A stretch of 12,456 nt of DNA, from the NCBI RefSeq assembly GCF_035285525.1, contig NZ_JAYKGW010000009.1:1-12456 (forward strand), read 5' to 3'. Of this stretch, positions 1 to 6,815 are shown one piece after another; position 1 is the stretch's first letter, and each line of letters starts with the position of its first letter. Below the pieces are notes generated by a model. It was not told the DNA's origin. It saw only the letters and a program-made list of their open reading frames with translations, and searched no databases. This stretch comes from Okeania sp. Lineage in GTDB: Bacteria > Cyanobacteriota > Cyanobacteriia > Cyanobacteriales > Microcoleaceae. The translations under genes were made by a program, and so were the position numbers.

Positions 1-2
1 GG

Positions 3-251
3 AACACCAACGACTTCTATAGTTTCCAAATAGAAGAAGAAGGAACATTAGTATTAGTGGTGGATGACTTATTAAAAAATGCCAACATTGAATTATATGG
101 CAGCGGTGAAGAATTAATAAACCAGTCCAAAAACGATGGCATCAAACGAGAAAGTATAGTCACAGCATTAGAACCAGGAACCTATTTTGTGCGAGTGTAT
201 CCTCAAGGTAGCGCTCGTACCTCCTACCGTTTGAGCGTTGATTTATTGTAG
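3..251 (+). CDS. 3' fragment of a protein ending in a pre-peptidase C-terminal (PPC)-type domain; the 5' end lies left of the window
   Basis: Frame 3 is open from base 3 (NTNDFYSFQIEEEGTLVLVVDD...) to TAG at 249-251, so the GTG at 57 in the ORF track is internal. The pattern DFYSF...ELYGSGEE...LEPGTYFVRVYP...SYRLSV matches the PPC beta-sandwich domain signature (PF04151-like, from memory). Confidence 0.6.
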   Translation, partial: NTNDFYSFQIEEEGTLVLVVDDLLKNANIELYGSGEELINQSKNDGIKRESIVTALEPGTYFVRVYPQGSARTSYRLSVDLL

Positions 252-423
252 AGAGGAGTCAGATAAAATCCGGTAGTATCGGATTTGATATCGCCCCATC
301 TCCTGAAAAAAAAACTGAAGAAGCGCAAACCCTACAGCCCGTGTCCAATTATTCGGCTTCAGTAGTTAGCAGTCCTTCAACTTCCCATCGTCTAATTGTT
401 TTTGTTGAGACCCTTTTCAAATG

Positions 424-496
424 AATGAACCACATCATCATCACCAAAATCTTGTAGGGACGCCCTTATGCAACGTCCCTACTGTGGTTTACTGAT
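424..496 (+). repeat. Dispersed repeat family B, copy 1; core hairpin GTAGGGACG...CGTCCCTAC at 454-482
   Basis: About 73 nt (atgaaccacatcatcat...aaaatcttgtagggacg..tgcaacgtccctactgtggtttactgat) recurs in inverted orientation at 11853-11923. Confidence 0.8.
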
Positions 497-568
497 TTCT
501 CCGCTGTAAATATTGACTATAACAAAATCAATCTGATATCTTAACTATTGAAGAGTTTCAATTTTATT

Positions 569-676
569 ATGGAAAATACTAGCTGGCTTGATTTTTTGAT
601 TGGTAGTTTAGCGATAATAATTTTAGTTAGCGGATTAATACTATTGTTCAAAGGTATTTCCGCAATCGAAAAATAA
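569..676 (+). CDS. Possible 35-aa single-pass membrane peptide (MENTSWLDFLIGSLAIIILVSGLILLFKGISAIEK)
   Basis: ATG at 569 to TAA at 674-676. It has one clear hydrophobic helix and lies in an otherwise empty gap, convergent with mrdA. There is no clear Shine-Dalgarno sequence and it is too short for the ORF track. Confidence 0.25.
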   Translation: MENTSWLDFLIGSLAIIILVSGLILLFKGISAIEK

Positions 677-714
677 AAACATGGTTTTTAATTTTATTGT
701 ATCTCCTACTTAGA

Positions 715-2505
715 TCAATTGTTGTTCCCAAAATAATATTGAAAAACCTGTTTAGCAACTGGAGCTGCAGAACGAGAACCATAACCGCCATTCTCAACAA
801 TCACAGCGATCGCTATTTCTGGCTTGTTCGCAGGGCCAAAAGCCACATACAAGGAATGAGACCTTTGTCCAATTAGTTCTGATGTACCTGTTTTTCCTCC
901 CGTCAGTGGAATACTACCATCATTCAGATTTTTGGCCGTACCACGATAAACAACATCAATCATTCCTTCCTTAATTATATTAACTTCTTCTGGTTTCAAC
1001 CCCGTAGGAATAGGTTGAATCTCTGGATAATTAGTTTGATCCGCCAATAAATGAGGTTTAACCTGTTTTCCTCCATTAGCGATCGCTGCCACTGCACCTG
1101 CCAACTCTAAAGGTGTAGCCAAAACCAGACCTTGACCGATTGCCATCGTTACTGTATCACCCAAATACCAACGATCGTTATAAATTTGACGTTTATCTTC
1201 TTCAGTAGGAATCAAACCATTATATGTAACCGGTATACCCAGAAGGTTGATATTTTTTCCTCCTAAACCAAGTTTATATGCCCACTTAGCTATCTCTTTA
1301 TTACCAATAGCCATACCAATCCTATAAAAAAATGTATTGCTACTATAGGCTAATGCAGCTCTAAAACCAATTGGCCCATAGCCCCCACTATGTTCATTAA
1401 AACTCATACCTCCAATATAGACAGCATCAGAAGTTTGGATAATTGAGCCTGGAGCAAACTTTTGAGACCCCATAGCAGCAGCAGAAGTAACTACCTTAAA
1501 AGTACTTCCAGGGGGATAACCTTGGATAGTTCGATTGACAAAAGACTGCTCTTGACTATGAAGACTCCGCCATTCTGATTCAGCCATAGGTTTTGTAAAT
1601 ACATTGGGGTTAAATCTAGGATAGCTAGCCATTGTTAAAACTTCCCCTGTATTAACATCCAGAACAACTACTGCTCCTTTACGAGAACCAAGAGCGTTTT
1701 CTGCAGCTTTTTGCAGATTTAGGTCAAGAGTTAACTTTATCGTTTCTCCACTTTGAGGTTCTTCTTCTTTAAAAATACCTATTTCTCGGTTTTCAGCATT
1801 AACTTCTATCATCCGCTGACCCCATTTTCCAGCAAGTTGTTCATTCCTACTAGCTTCTACCCCAATCCTACCAACCATCATTCTCAGTTGGTATTCTGGG
1901 TTAGCCCCTAATTCGGCTGATGTAACTTCTCCGAGATACCCAATCACATGAGATGCTGTTTCTCCATGGGGGTAATAACGAGTTGATTCAGCTCTAGCTT
2001 CTACACCAGGAAATTCTTCAGCCTTTTCTTGTAGAAGGGTAAAAGTATTACGACTAACTTGATAGCTAAGATGTACATTTCTTTCTCCGGAAATCAGAGC
2101 CTCTTCTACTTTTTCCAAAATTTTGTGGGCTGGCATATTAATAATGGGACTAAGTTTAGCAGCAGTAATTTCCCATTGTTCTCTCACCTGTTCTCTTGGC
2201 CATAAATATATAGAATGCTGAAGACGATTAGATGCAAAAGGTTTACCGTTGCGGTCTAAGATTAGTCCTCGATTTGAGGGGACTGGAATTGGTCGAATGC
2301 GGTTGTTTTCTGCTCGCGCCCTATTATGTTTACCCTGAATTAATTGTAATTGAGCCAAACGACTCACTTGTATACCGATAACGGTTGTGCTTAATAAGAT
2401 CATAATAACTGCTCGGTAGATTAAACGTGCCTGACGTTCTTTATATGAGAGGTTATTATTTTCTTTGATTTGAATCCCAGAAAAATAGGAAAATTCGCGG
2501 ACCAT
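715..2505 (-). CDS. mrdA: Penicillin-binding protein 2 (elongasome peptidoglycan D,D-transpeptidase)
   Basis: 596 aa. It has an N-terminal membrane anchor (AVIMILLSTTVIGIQV), a PBP dimerisation region and all three class B transpeptidase motifs: SxxK (GSTFK), SxN (YSSNTF) and KTG (GGKTGTSE). Confidence 0.9.
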   Translation of the reverse strand: MVREFSYFSGIQIKENNNLSYKERQARLIYRAVIMILLSTTVIGIQVSRLAQLQLIQGKHNRARAENNRIRPIPVPSNRGLILDRNGKPFASNRLQHSIYLWPREQVREQWEITAAKLSPIINMPAHKILEKVEEALISGERNVHLSYQVSRNTFTLLQEKAEEFPGVEARAESTRYYPHGETASHVIGYLGEVTSAELGANPEYQLRMMVGRIGVEASRNEQLAGKWGQRMIEVNAENREIGIFKEEEPQSGETIKLTLDLNLQKAAENALGSRKGAVVVLDVNTGEVLTMASYPRFNPNVFTKPMAESEWRSLHSQEQSFVNRTIQGYPPGSTFKVVTSAAAMGSQKFAPGSIIQTSDAVYIGGMSFNEHSGGYGPIGFRAALAYSSNTFFYRIGMAIGNKEIAKWAYKLGLGGKNINLLGIPVTYNGLIPTEEDKRQIYNDRWYLGDTVTMAIGQGLVLATPLELAGAVAAIANGGKQVKPHLLADQTNYPEIQPIPTGLKPEEVNIIKEGMIDVVYRGTAKNLNDGSIPLTGGKTGTSELIGQRSHSLYVAFGPANKPEIAIAVIVENGGYGSRSAAPVAKQVFQYYFGNNN

Positions 2506-2548
2506 AGTTTATTGAATTATAGATTAAATAGGGTTTTCAGGATGATCT

Positions 2549-2649
2549 GGACTTACGCAAAGAAACCCGGTTTCTACAAGAAATCGTTGTTTTGAACAGT
2601 AGGAATCTACGCTCGTACCGGGTTTCTGGGTTCGCGTGGCTTTAGTCCT
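2549..2649 (+). repeat. MITE-like palindromic repeat family A, copy 1 (GGACTTACGCA..AGAAACCCGGTTTCT..GTACCGGGTTTCTGGGTTCG..TAGTCC)
   Basis: It shares the termini GGACTTAC / GTAAGTCC and AGAAACCCGGTTTCT modules with the copies at 5874-5931, 9333-9456 and 11771-11834. It lies 44 nt upstream of the mrdA start codon. Confidence 0.8.
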
Positions 2650-2851
2650 GATGATAATTGGATTTTAATTAAATACCGTAGTCATTATTAAAGGGTAAAT
2701 AATGATTGAATAATTGCCAAGAGTAGGAGAAAAAAAGGTAAGCATTCCCCAGGAAATGCTGCATAAACAATTATAATATTTTGTTGATGTAGTGCTTCTC
2801 GTTGTTATGAGGTATAATCAATCAAATTTTGACTGGGTAAATATGTTTGCC

Positions 2852-2916
2852 ATCACCCCATCACCCCATCACCCCATCACCCCATCACCCTATCTCCCTA
2901 TCTCCCCATCTCCCCA
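2852..2916. repeat. Tandem octamer array: ATCACCCC x5, then T/CATCTCCC x3. C-rich on the + strand, G-rich on the - strand
   Basis: Direct reading shows a period of 8 nt, so it cannot be coding. About 8 units. Confidence 0.9.
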
Positions 2917-3191
2917 ACTAATTTTAGAGACCCGTTTAGGGGTTCTATATCTTAAAGACTAATCTCCTAAACACCAAGAAATAATTAGAAAAATTAATGA
3001 TAGACATAACCACCGGGGAATATGTAGCCATTGTATCAAGTCCATTGGTTCTACAATAAAAACATTTGTCAATAACCAACTAAATATTAATACTATAGTT
3101 ATTATAAATAAAGACATAACTAGGTAATATTTTAATTTACATTATAAACAACTAATCAGAAACCAACTAAATATCAAAACTATAATTTATC

Positions 3192-3340
3192 ATATCATGT
3201 CCGCTAGCATCGGATTTTTCGGGCACCGTGCGTCTATAAAATCAAGGTGGAAATGGCATAAAAGCTTCTGCCTCCAGCATAGCTCCCTTCTCTTTTGCCT
3301 TCCTTCCACCAAAGTCTAATTATTCAACCGGACATGATAT
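3192..3340 (+). mobile_element. 149-bp MITE-like element (family C) with perfect 12-bp terminal inverted repeats ATATCATGTCCG / CGGACATGATAT
   Basis: The terminal inverted repeats are at 3192-3203 and 3329-3340. An internal fold-back pairs GGTGGAA with TTCCACC. The left ~85 nt recur at 6726-6815. No ORF is present. Confidence 0.75.
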
Positions 3341-3455
3341 CACAACTATTTTGAGACACATTTAAACAAATTCTTTAGTTTAGATTCAAGTATAATAAAC
3401 CATAATTTGAAATAACCTGTTGAAGTAATTGAACTAAAAATAGAAAACACTACTT

Positions 3456-4199
3456 ATGTTTAAAACCCTTTTAGCTGACTTCCGAATTATCTTTGAAAGA
3501 GACCCTGCTGCTCGTAACTGGTTGGAAGTTATCACTTGCTATCCTGGTCTTCATGCTTTAGTCTTTCATCGTATTGCCCATAGCTTGTATTCTTTGAGAC
3601 TTCCTTTCCTCCCTCGCTTAATTTCTCATATAGGCCGTTTTTTGACTGGGATTGAAATTCACCCTGGAGCTGTTATTGGTCAAGGTGTATTTATTGACCA
3701 TGGTATGGGTGTTGTGATTGGAGAAACTGCCATTATAGGAGACTATTGCCTAATTTATCAAGGAGTAACTCTTGGCGGTACAGGAAAAGAAAGCGGTAAA
3801 AGACATCCGACTTTGGGAGATAATGTAGTTATTGGCGGAGGTGCAAAAGTTCTCGGTAATATTAATATTGGTGATAATGTTCGTATTGGTGCAGGTTCTG
3901 TAGTGCTGAGGGATGTTCCTTCTAGTTGTACAGTGGTGGGTATACCGGGTAGAATTGTATATCGTTCTGGAGTTAAGGTACATCCTTTAGAACATGGTAG
4001 TTTGCCTGACTCTGAGGCTAGAGTTATTCGTGCTTTGGTCGATCGAATTGATACTCTTGAGCAACAATTGGAAAGTTTACAAGGTCAATTATCAAAGTCC
4101 GTTTTGGTTAAGTCTCATGTTGAATCTTCTTTAAGTCATCTCGATCATAGTTCTCAAGATCGAGAAATTCAAGTTTTTTTAGATGGCTCAGGAATTTAA
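3456..4199 (+). CDS. cysE: Serine O-acetyltransferase
   Basis: 247 aa. It has the SAT N-terminal signature ([27 protein letters not shown]), hexapeptide left-handed beta-helix repeats ([28 protein letters not shown]...) and a C-terminal tail ending in GI. Confidence 0.92.
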   Translation: MFKTLLADFRIIFERDPAARNWLEVITCYPGLHALVFHRIAHSLYSLRLPFLPRLISHIGRFLTGIEIHPGAVIGQGVFIDHGMGVVIGETAIIGDYCLIYQGVTLGGTGKESGKRHPTLGDNVVIGGGAKVLGNINIGDNVRIGAGSVVLRDVPSSCTVVGIPGRIVYRSGVKVHPLEHGSLPDSEARVIRALVDRIDTLEQQLESLQGQLSKSVLVKSHVESSLSHLDHSSQDREIQVFLDGSGI

Positions 4200-4213
4200 G
4201 CATATCGTTATTT

Positions 4214-4230
4214 CAGTTATCAGTTATCAG
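4214..4230. repeat. Short heptamer repeat CAGTTAT x2.4
   Basis: Direct reading. It lies just downstream of the cysE stop. Confidence 0.7.
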
Positions 4231-4285
4231 TACCTCAAATATGAAGTAAAAAGCTGGAAATACTGAATGAAACTTTCTCTTGGTC

Positions 4286-4354
4286 GATTGGATATGGCGT
4301 TAATGAAGTGGCTCTCTCTGCAAGAAAGAGCAGGAGACGTTACCATATCCAATC
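4286..4354. other. 69-nt fold-back element with a perfect 12-bp outer stem (GATTGGATATGG / CCATATCCAATC); possible bidirectional terminator or miniature inverted-repeat element
   Basis: The stem arms are at 4286-4297 and 4343-4354. An inner extension pairs CGT with ACG, and there is a small inner hairpin (GCTCT / AGAGC). It sits between the convergent cysE and PNPOx-like genes. No U-tract follows it. Confidence 0.45.
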
Positions 4355-4366
4355 AACTGAGAGGGG

Positions 4367-4395
4367 TAATTATTAATTATTAATTATTAATTATT
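4367..4395. repeat. Heptamer tandem array TAATTAT x4
   Basis: Direct reading. It ends 8 nt from the stop codon of the 4404-5009 gene. Confidence 0.9.
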
Positions 4396-4403
4396 GAAAG
4401 ATG

Positions 4404-5009
4404 TCATGGATTCATGGCTTGAGTAGACCAAGTTTTATGAGTATCAATTTGATACAGCCAGCGATTTTGTGGTTTTTCTCTTAGTTCTAAATGCTCTACT
4501 TTTGTAGGACAAAGTAATAATAAGCAAAAATTAGATAGAGGATTTGCTAAATTTGGTGGAGGTAATTCAAAAGCACTAGCTTCTAATTTAGTTTCTAATG
4601 GATGAGGCCAAGTAAATTGTTGTCTGGCATTATCTGAAATTTCTTGCCATATAGTTTGTCTTGCTTGAGCAAGTTTGGGATGAGGATTATTTGCTTTGAT
4701 GAGAATAAGTTTCCCACTGAGGCGAAATTGTTCTCTAGTTTTGGGAAAATACCAACAGATTTCTCCCCAAGGATTTTTTTCTATTTGCTCTATTTTTTGA
4801 CTACGACTATCAGTAATGAATTTTAAATGATTAGTTTGTTCTAAGAATCCTCGGAATACAATAGTACGATTTGTTGGTTTGCCTTCTGGGGTAACTGTTG
4901 CTAACTGGAGATAACGACTGTATGTAAGGCTTTGGTTTTTATATAGCGCTCTAGTTAAGGGCGATCGCCAAGGGGCTAGTTCTTCTTTTTCTATTGGGTT
5001 AAATTCCAT
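4404..5009 (-). CDS. PNPOx-like (pyridoxamine 5'-phosphate oxidase-related) FMN-binding flavoprotein
   Basis: 201 aa. The segments YLQLATV..G.P.NRTIVFRGF and GEICWYFPKTREQFRLSGK are typical of the split-barrel PNPOx fold. It resembles the cyanobacterial Npun_F5749-type PPOX family (from memory). Confidence 0.75.
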   Translation of the reverse strand: MEFNPIEKEELAPWRSPLTRALYKNQSLTYSRYLQLATVTPEGKPTNRTIVFRGFLEQTNHLKFITDSRSQKIEQIEKNPWGEICWYFPKTREQFRLSGKLILIKANNPHPKLAQARQTIWQEISDNARQQFTWPHPLETKLEASAFELPPPNLANPLSNFCLLLLCPTKVEHLELREKPQNRWLYQIDTHKTWSTQAMNP

Positions 5010-5010
5010 T

Positions 5011-5059
5011 AATTATCAATTATCCATTATCAATTATCCATTATCCATTATCCATTATC
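5011..5059. repeat. Heptamer tandem array (A/C)ATTATC x7
   Basis: Seven exact-period units run to within 1 nt of the ATG of the PNPOx-like gene at 5009. Confidence 0.9.
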
Positions 5060-5790
5060 ACCAAATATCTTGATAAAAACTTTTAAGAAAAGTAGGTGAA
5101 ACACCAAAACCCCATAAAAAAACAATCAATAAATAAATTAAATTTGCTTGGAAAACTCCCCGTTTAGTTACAGGGCGATCGCCCTTTATATACAAATCTA
5201 TTTACTAAATAAATTCGTCCGAGTTTAACTAACTTTCAAAATAAGTCAGCATCTTCCATAATTGGTAAATTAGTATTAAAACCACTGACTTTCCAAAAGT
5301 CTGCTCGACGGCTAAAAATTACTTGGTCTCCAAACAAAACTCGCAAACCTTTAAAAAATAAATGAGGACGAAAAATTAGGGGAGTATAAAAAGTTTTAAG
5401 ATAATTATATAAAGAAGTACCCCAGCGAGTAGTTTGGGAATTAGTTATAATTGAAATAAGTCCACCACCAACAATATTTTTATTTACTAAAGTTTGGGAA
5501 ATTATAGTAATTAAATTATGAGGAACTATAGTATCTGCATGGAGAAAACAGAGTATTCCTCCTGTTGCTATTTTTGCACCTAAATTTATTTGTATAAAAC
5601 GTCCACGTTGATGTGAATAAATAACAGGAACTCCAAAGGAAAGAGCAATAGAAACTGTTTCATCTTCGCTATAACTATCTAGTATTAATATTTATTTTGC
5701 TGGAGGATTAAATAAAGAAATATTTTTGAGAGTAATTGGTAGACAAGCTGCTTCGTTAAGGGTAGGAATAATAATAGAAATATTCAGCAT
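5059..5790 (-). pseudogene. Degraded family-2 glycosyltransferase: 244 codons in one frame with four in-frame stop codons
   Basis: My reverse-complement translation from the ATG at 5790 reads MLNISIIIPTLNEAACLPITLKNISLFNPPAK*ILILDSYSEDETVSIALSFGVPVIYSHQRGRFIQINLGAKIATGGILCFLHADTIVPHNL...GDQVIFSRRADFWKVSGFNTNLPIMEDADLF*KLVKLGRIYLVNRFVYKGRSPCN*TGSFP...FTYFS*KFLSRYLV. The stops are at 5692-5694 (TAA), 5236-5238 (TGA), 5164-5166 (TAA) and 5083-5085 (TAA). The GT2 hallmarks are IIIPTLNE, D..S.D, the LHAD motif and a GD..F.R + EDxDL region. It is absent from the ORF track because no piece has both a start codon and sufficient length. Confidence 0.8.
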
Positions 5791-5791
5791 T

Positions 5792-5819
5792 TTATCAATT
5801 ATCAGTTATCATTTATAGC
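5792..5819. repeat. Degenerate heptamer array (TTATCAA TTATCAG TTATCAT TTATAGC)
   Basis: It directly abuts the ATG of the pseudogene (5788-5790). Confidence 0.7.
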
Positions 5820-5873
5820 AGATTCCAATCATAATTAATAATTAAATTTATCCAGTGCGGGTATCTTTCCTGT

Positions 5874-5931
5874 GTGGACGAACCCAGAAACCCGGCTTTG
5901 ACAAGAAACCGGGTTCCTCCCGTGTAAGTCC
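5874..5931 (-). repeat. Repeat family A, copy 2 (short form, inverted relative to copy 1)
   Basis: GTGGACGAACCCAGAAACCCGG...AAGAAACCGGGTT..GTGTAAGTCC matches the reverse complement of 2549-2640 with an internal deletion. Its terminal base overlaps the cobS stop codon. Confidence 0.75.
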
Positions 5932-6698
5932 TACTCCAAAGTCACCAAAACGCACAATAATAATGCTTCAGTCCATTCAACTACAGCCCCGTAAGTATCG
6001 CCAGTATGACCACCCAAACAACGGTTAAACCAAGCACCTGTGAGCAGAGCGATCGCTATTCCTCCTATTGCCATCCCAGAAGCTAGTAACCAACTTTTAG
6101 GGTTTAATAAAATTTGGATGGTACTAAGACTTACTAATAAAAGTAGACTTGGCAGAAAATCCCAAATTGAATATTTTGTTTGTTTATGAAAAGCTCCTTT
6201 TCCAGTTGGTTTGAGATAGGGATAACTAGCGATCGCTACTAACTGACCCCATCTTCCCCAACCTGCTATTCCCATTAATATGAAAAATCGATCGCTATCT
6301 AAATCTGTTAAAGCTGTAATTTTTAGTAGTAGTAGAGCGATCGCTGCCATTGCCCCAAAAGCTCCGGTCGCACTATCTGTCATGACTTCTAGTCTGCGTT
6401 TTTGATCGGGTACTGCCAAACCATCAGCAGTATCCATTACCCCATCTAAGTGTAAACCACCAGTTACAATAATTCCAGATATAATAACTAAAGTCGATCT
6501 AGTGAGTATCGGCATTCCTAAAATTTGTAATCCTATATCAATAACTCCTAAAATACCTCCTATTATTAATCCAATTAATGGAGCGAAACGAGCAATACCT
6601 TGAAAATCTAAATCCCAAGTATGAGGAATTGGTATACAGGTATAAAAAGCAATACCTGCACTAAGTTTTCCCAAAATTTTTCTGATTATTTGTATCAA
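5931..6698 (-). CDS. cobS: Adenosylcobinamide-GDP ribazoletransferase (cobalamin 5'-phosphate synthase)
   Basis: 255 aa and polytopic. It has the CobS signatures [12 protein letters not shown] and [10 protein letters not shown]. Confidence 0.88.
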   Translation of the reverse strand: MIQIIRKILGKLSAGIAFYTCIPIPHTWDLDFQGIARFAPLIGLIIGGILGVIDIGLQILGMPILTRSTLVIISGIIVTGGLHLDGVMDTADGLAVPDQKRRLEVMTDSATGAFGAMAAIALLLLKITALTDLDSDRFFILMGIAGWGRWGQLVAIASYPYLKPTGKGAFHKQTKYSIWDFLPSLLLLVSLSTIQILLNPKSWLLASGMAIGGIAIALLTGAWFNRCLGGHTGDTYGAVVEWTEALLLCVLVTLE

Positions 6699-6725
6699 TA
6701 TTTATCACCAAAAAATTATAAATTG

Positions 6726-6815
6726 TATCATGTCTGTTGGCATCGGATTTTTCGGACACCGTGCGTGTATAAAATCAAGGTAAAAATAGCAGAAAAGCTT
6801 CTTTCTGCCTTCTGC
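6726..6815 (+). mobile_element. Truncated copy of MITE-like family C (left end only)
   Basis: TATCATGTCTGTTGGCATCGGATTTTTCGGACACCGTGCGTGTATAAAATCAAGGT...AAGCTTCT..GCCT aligns with 3193-3285. I found no right terminal inverted repeat. It begins 27 nt upstream of the cobS start codon. Confidence 0.7.

Noticed and set aside
2843-2962. 39-aa ORF (MFAITPSPHHPITPSPYLPISPSPQLILETRLGVLYLKD)
   Set aside because: It is generated by reading through the 8-nt-period tandem array. The Pro/Ser-rich sequence is a repeat artefact, and a period not divisible by 3 argues against selection for coding.
3750-3983. 77-aa ORF on the minus strand
   Set aside because: It lies entirely inside cysE on the opposite strand. 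The protein is low-complexity and N/T/I-rich. It is an antisense shadow of the hexapeptide-repeat region.
4644-4826. 60-aa ORF on the plus strand
   Set aside because: It is embedded antisense within the well-supported PNPOx-like gene, with no motif and no independent support.
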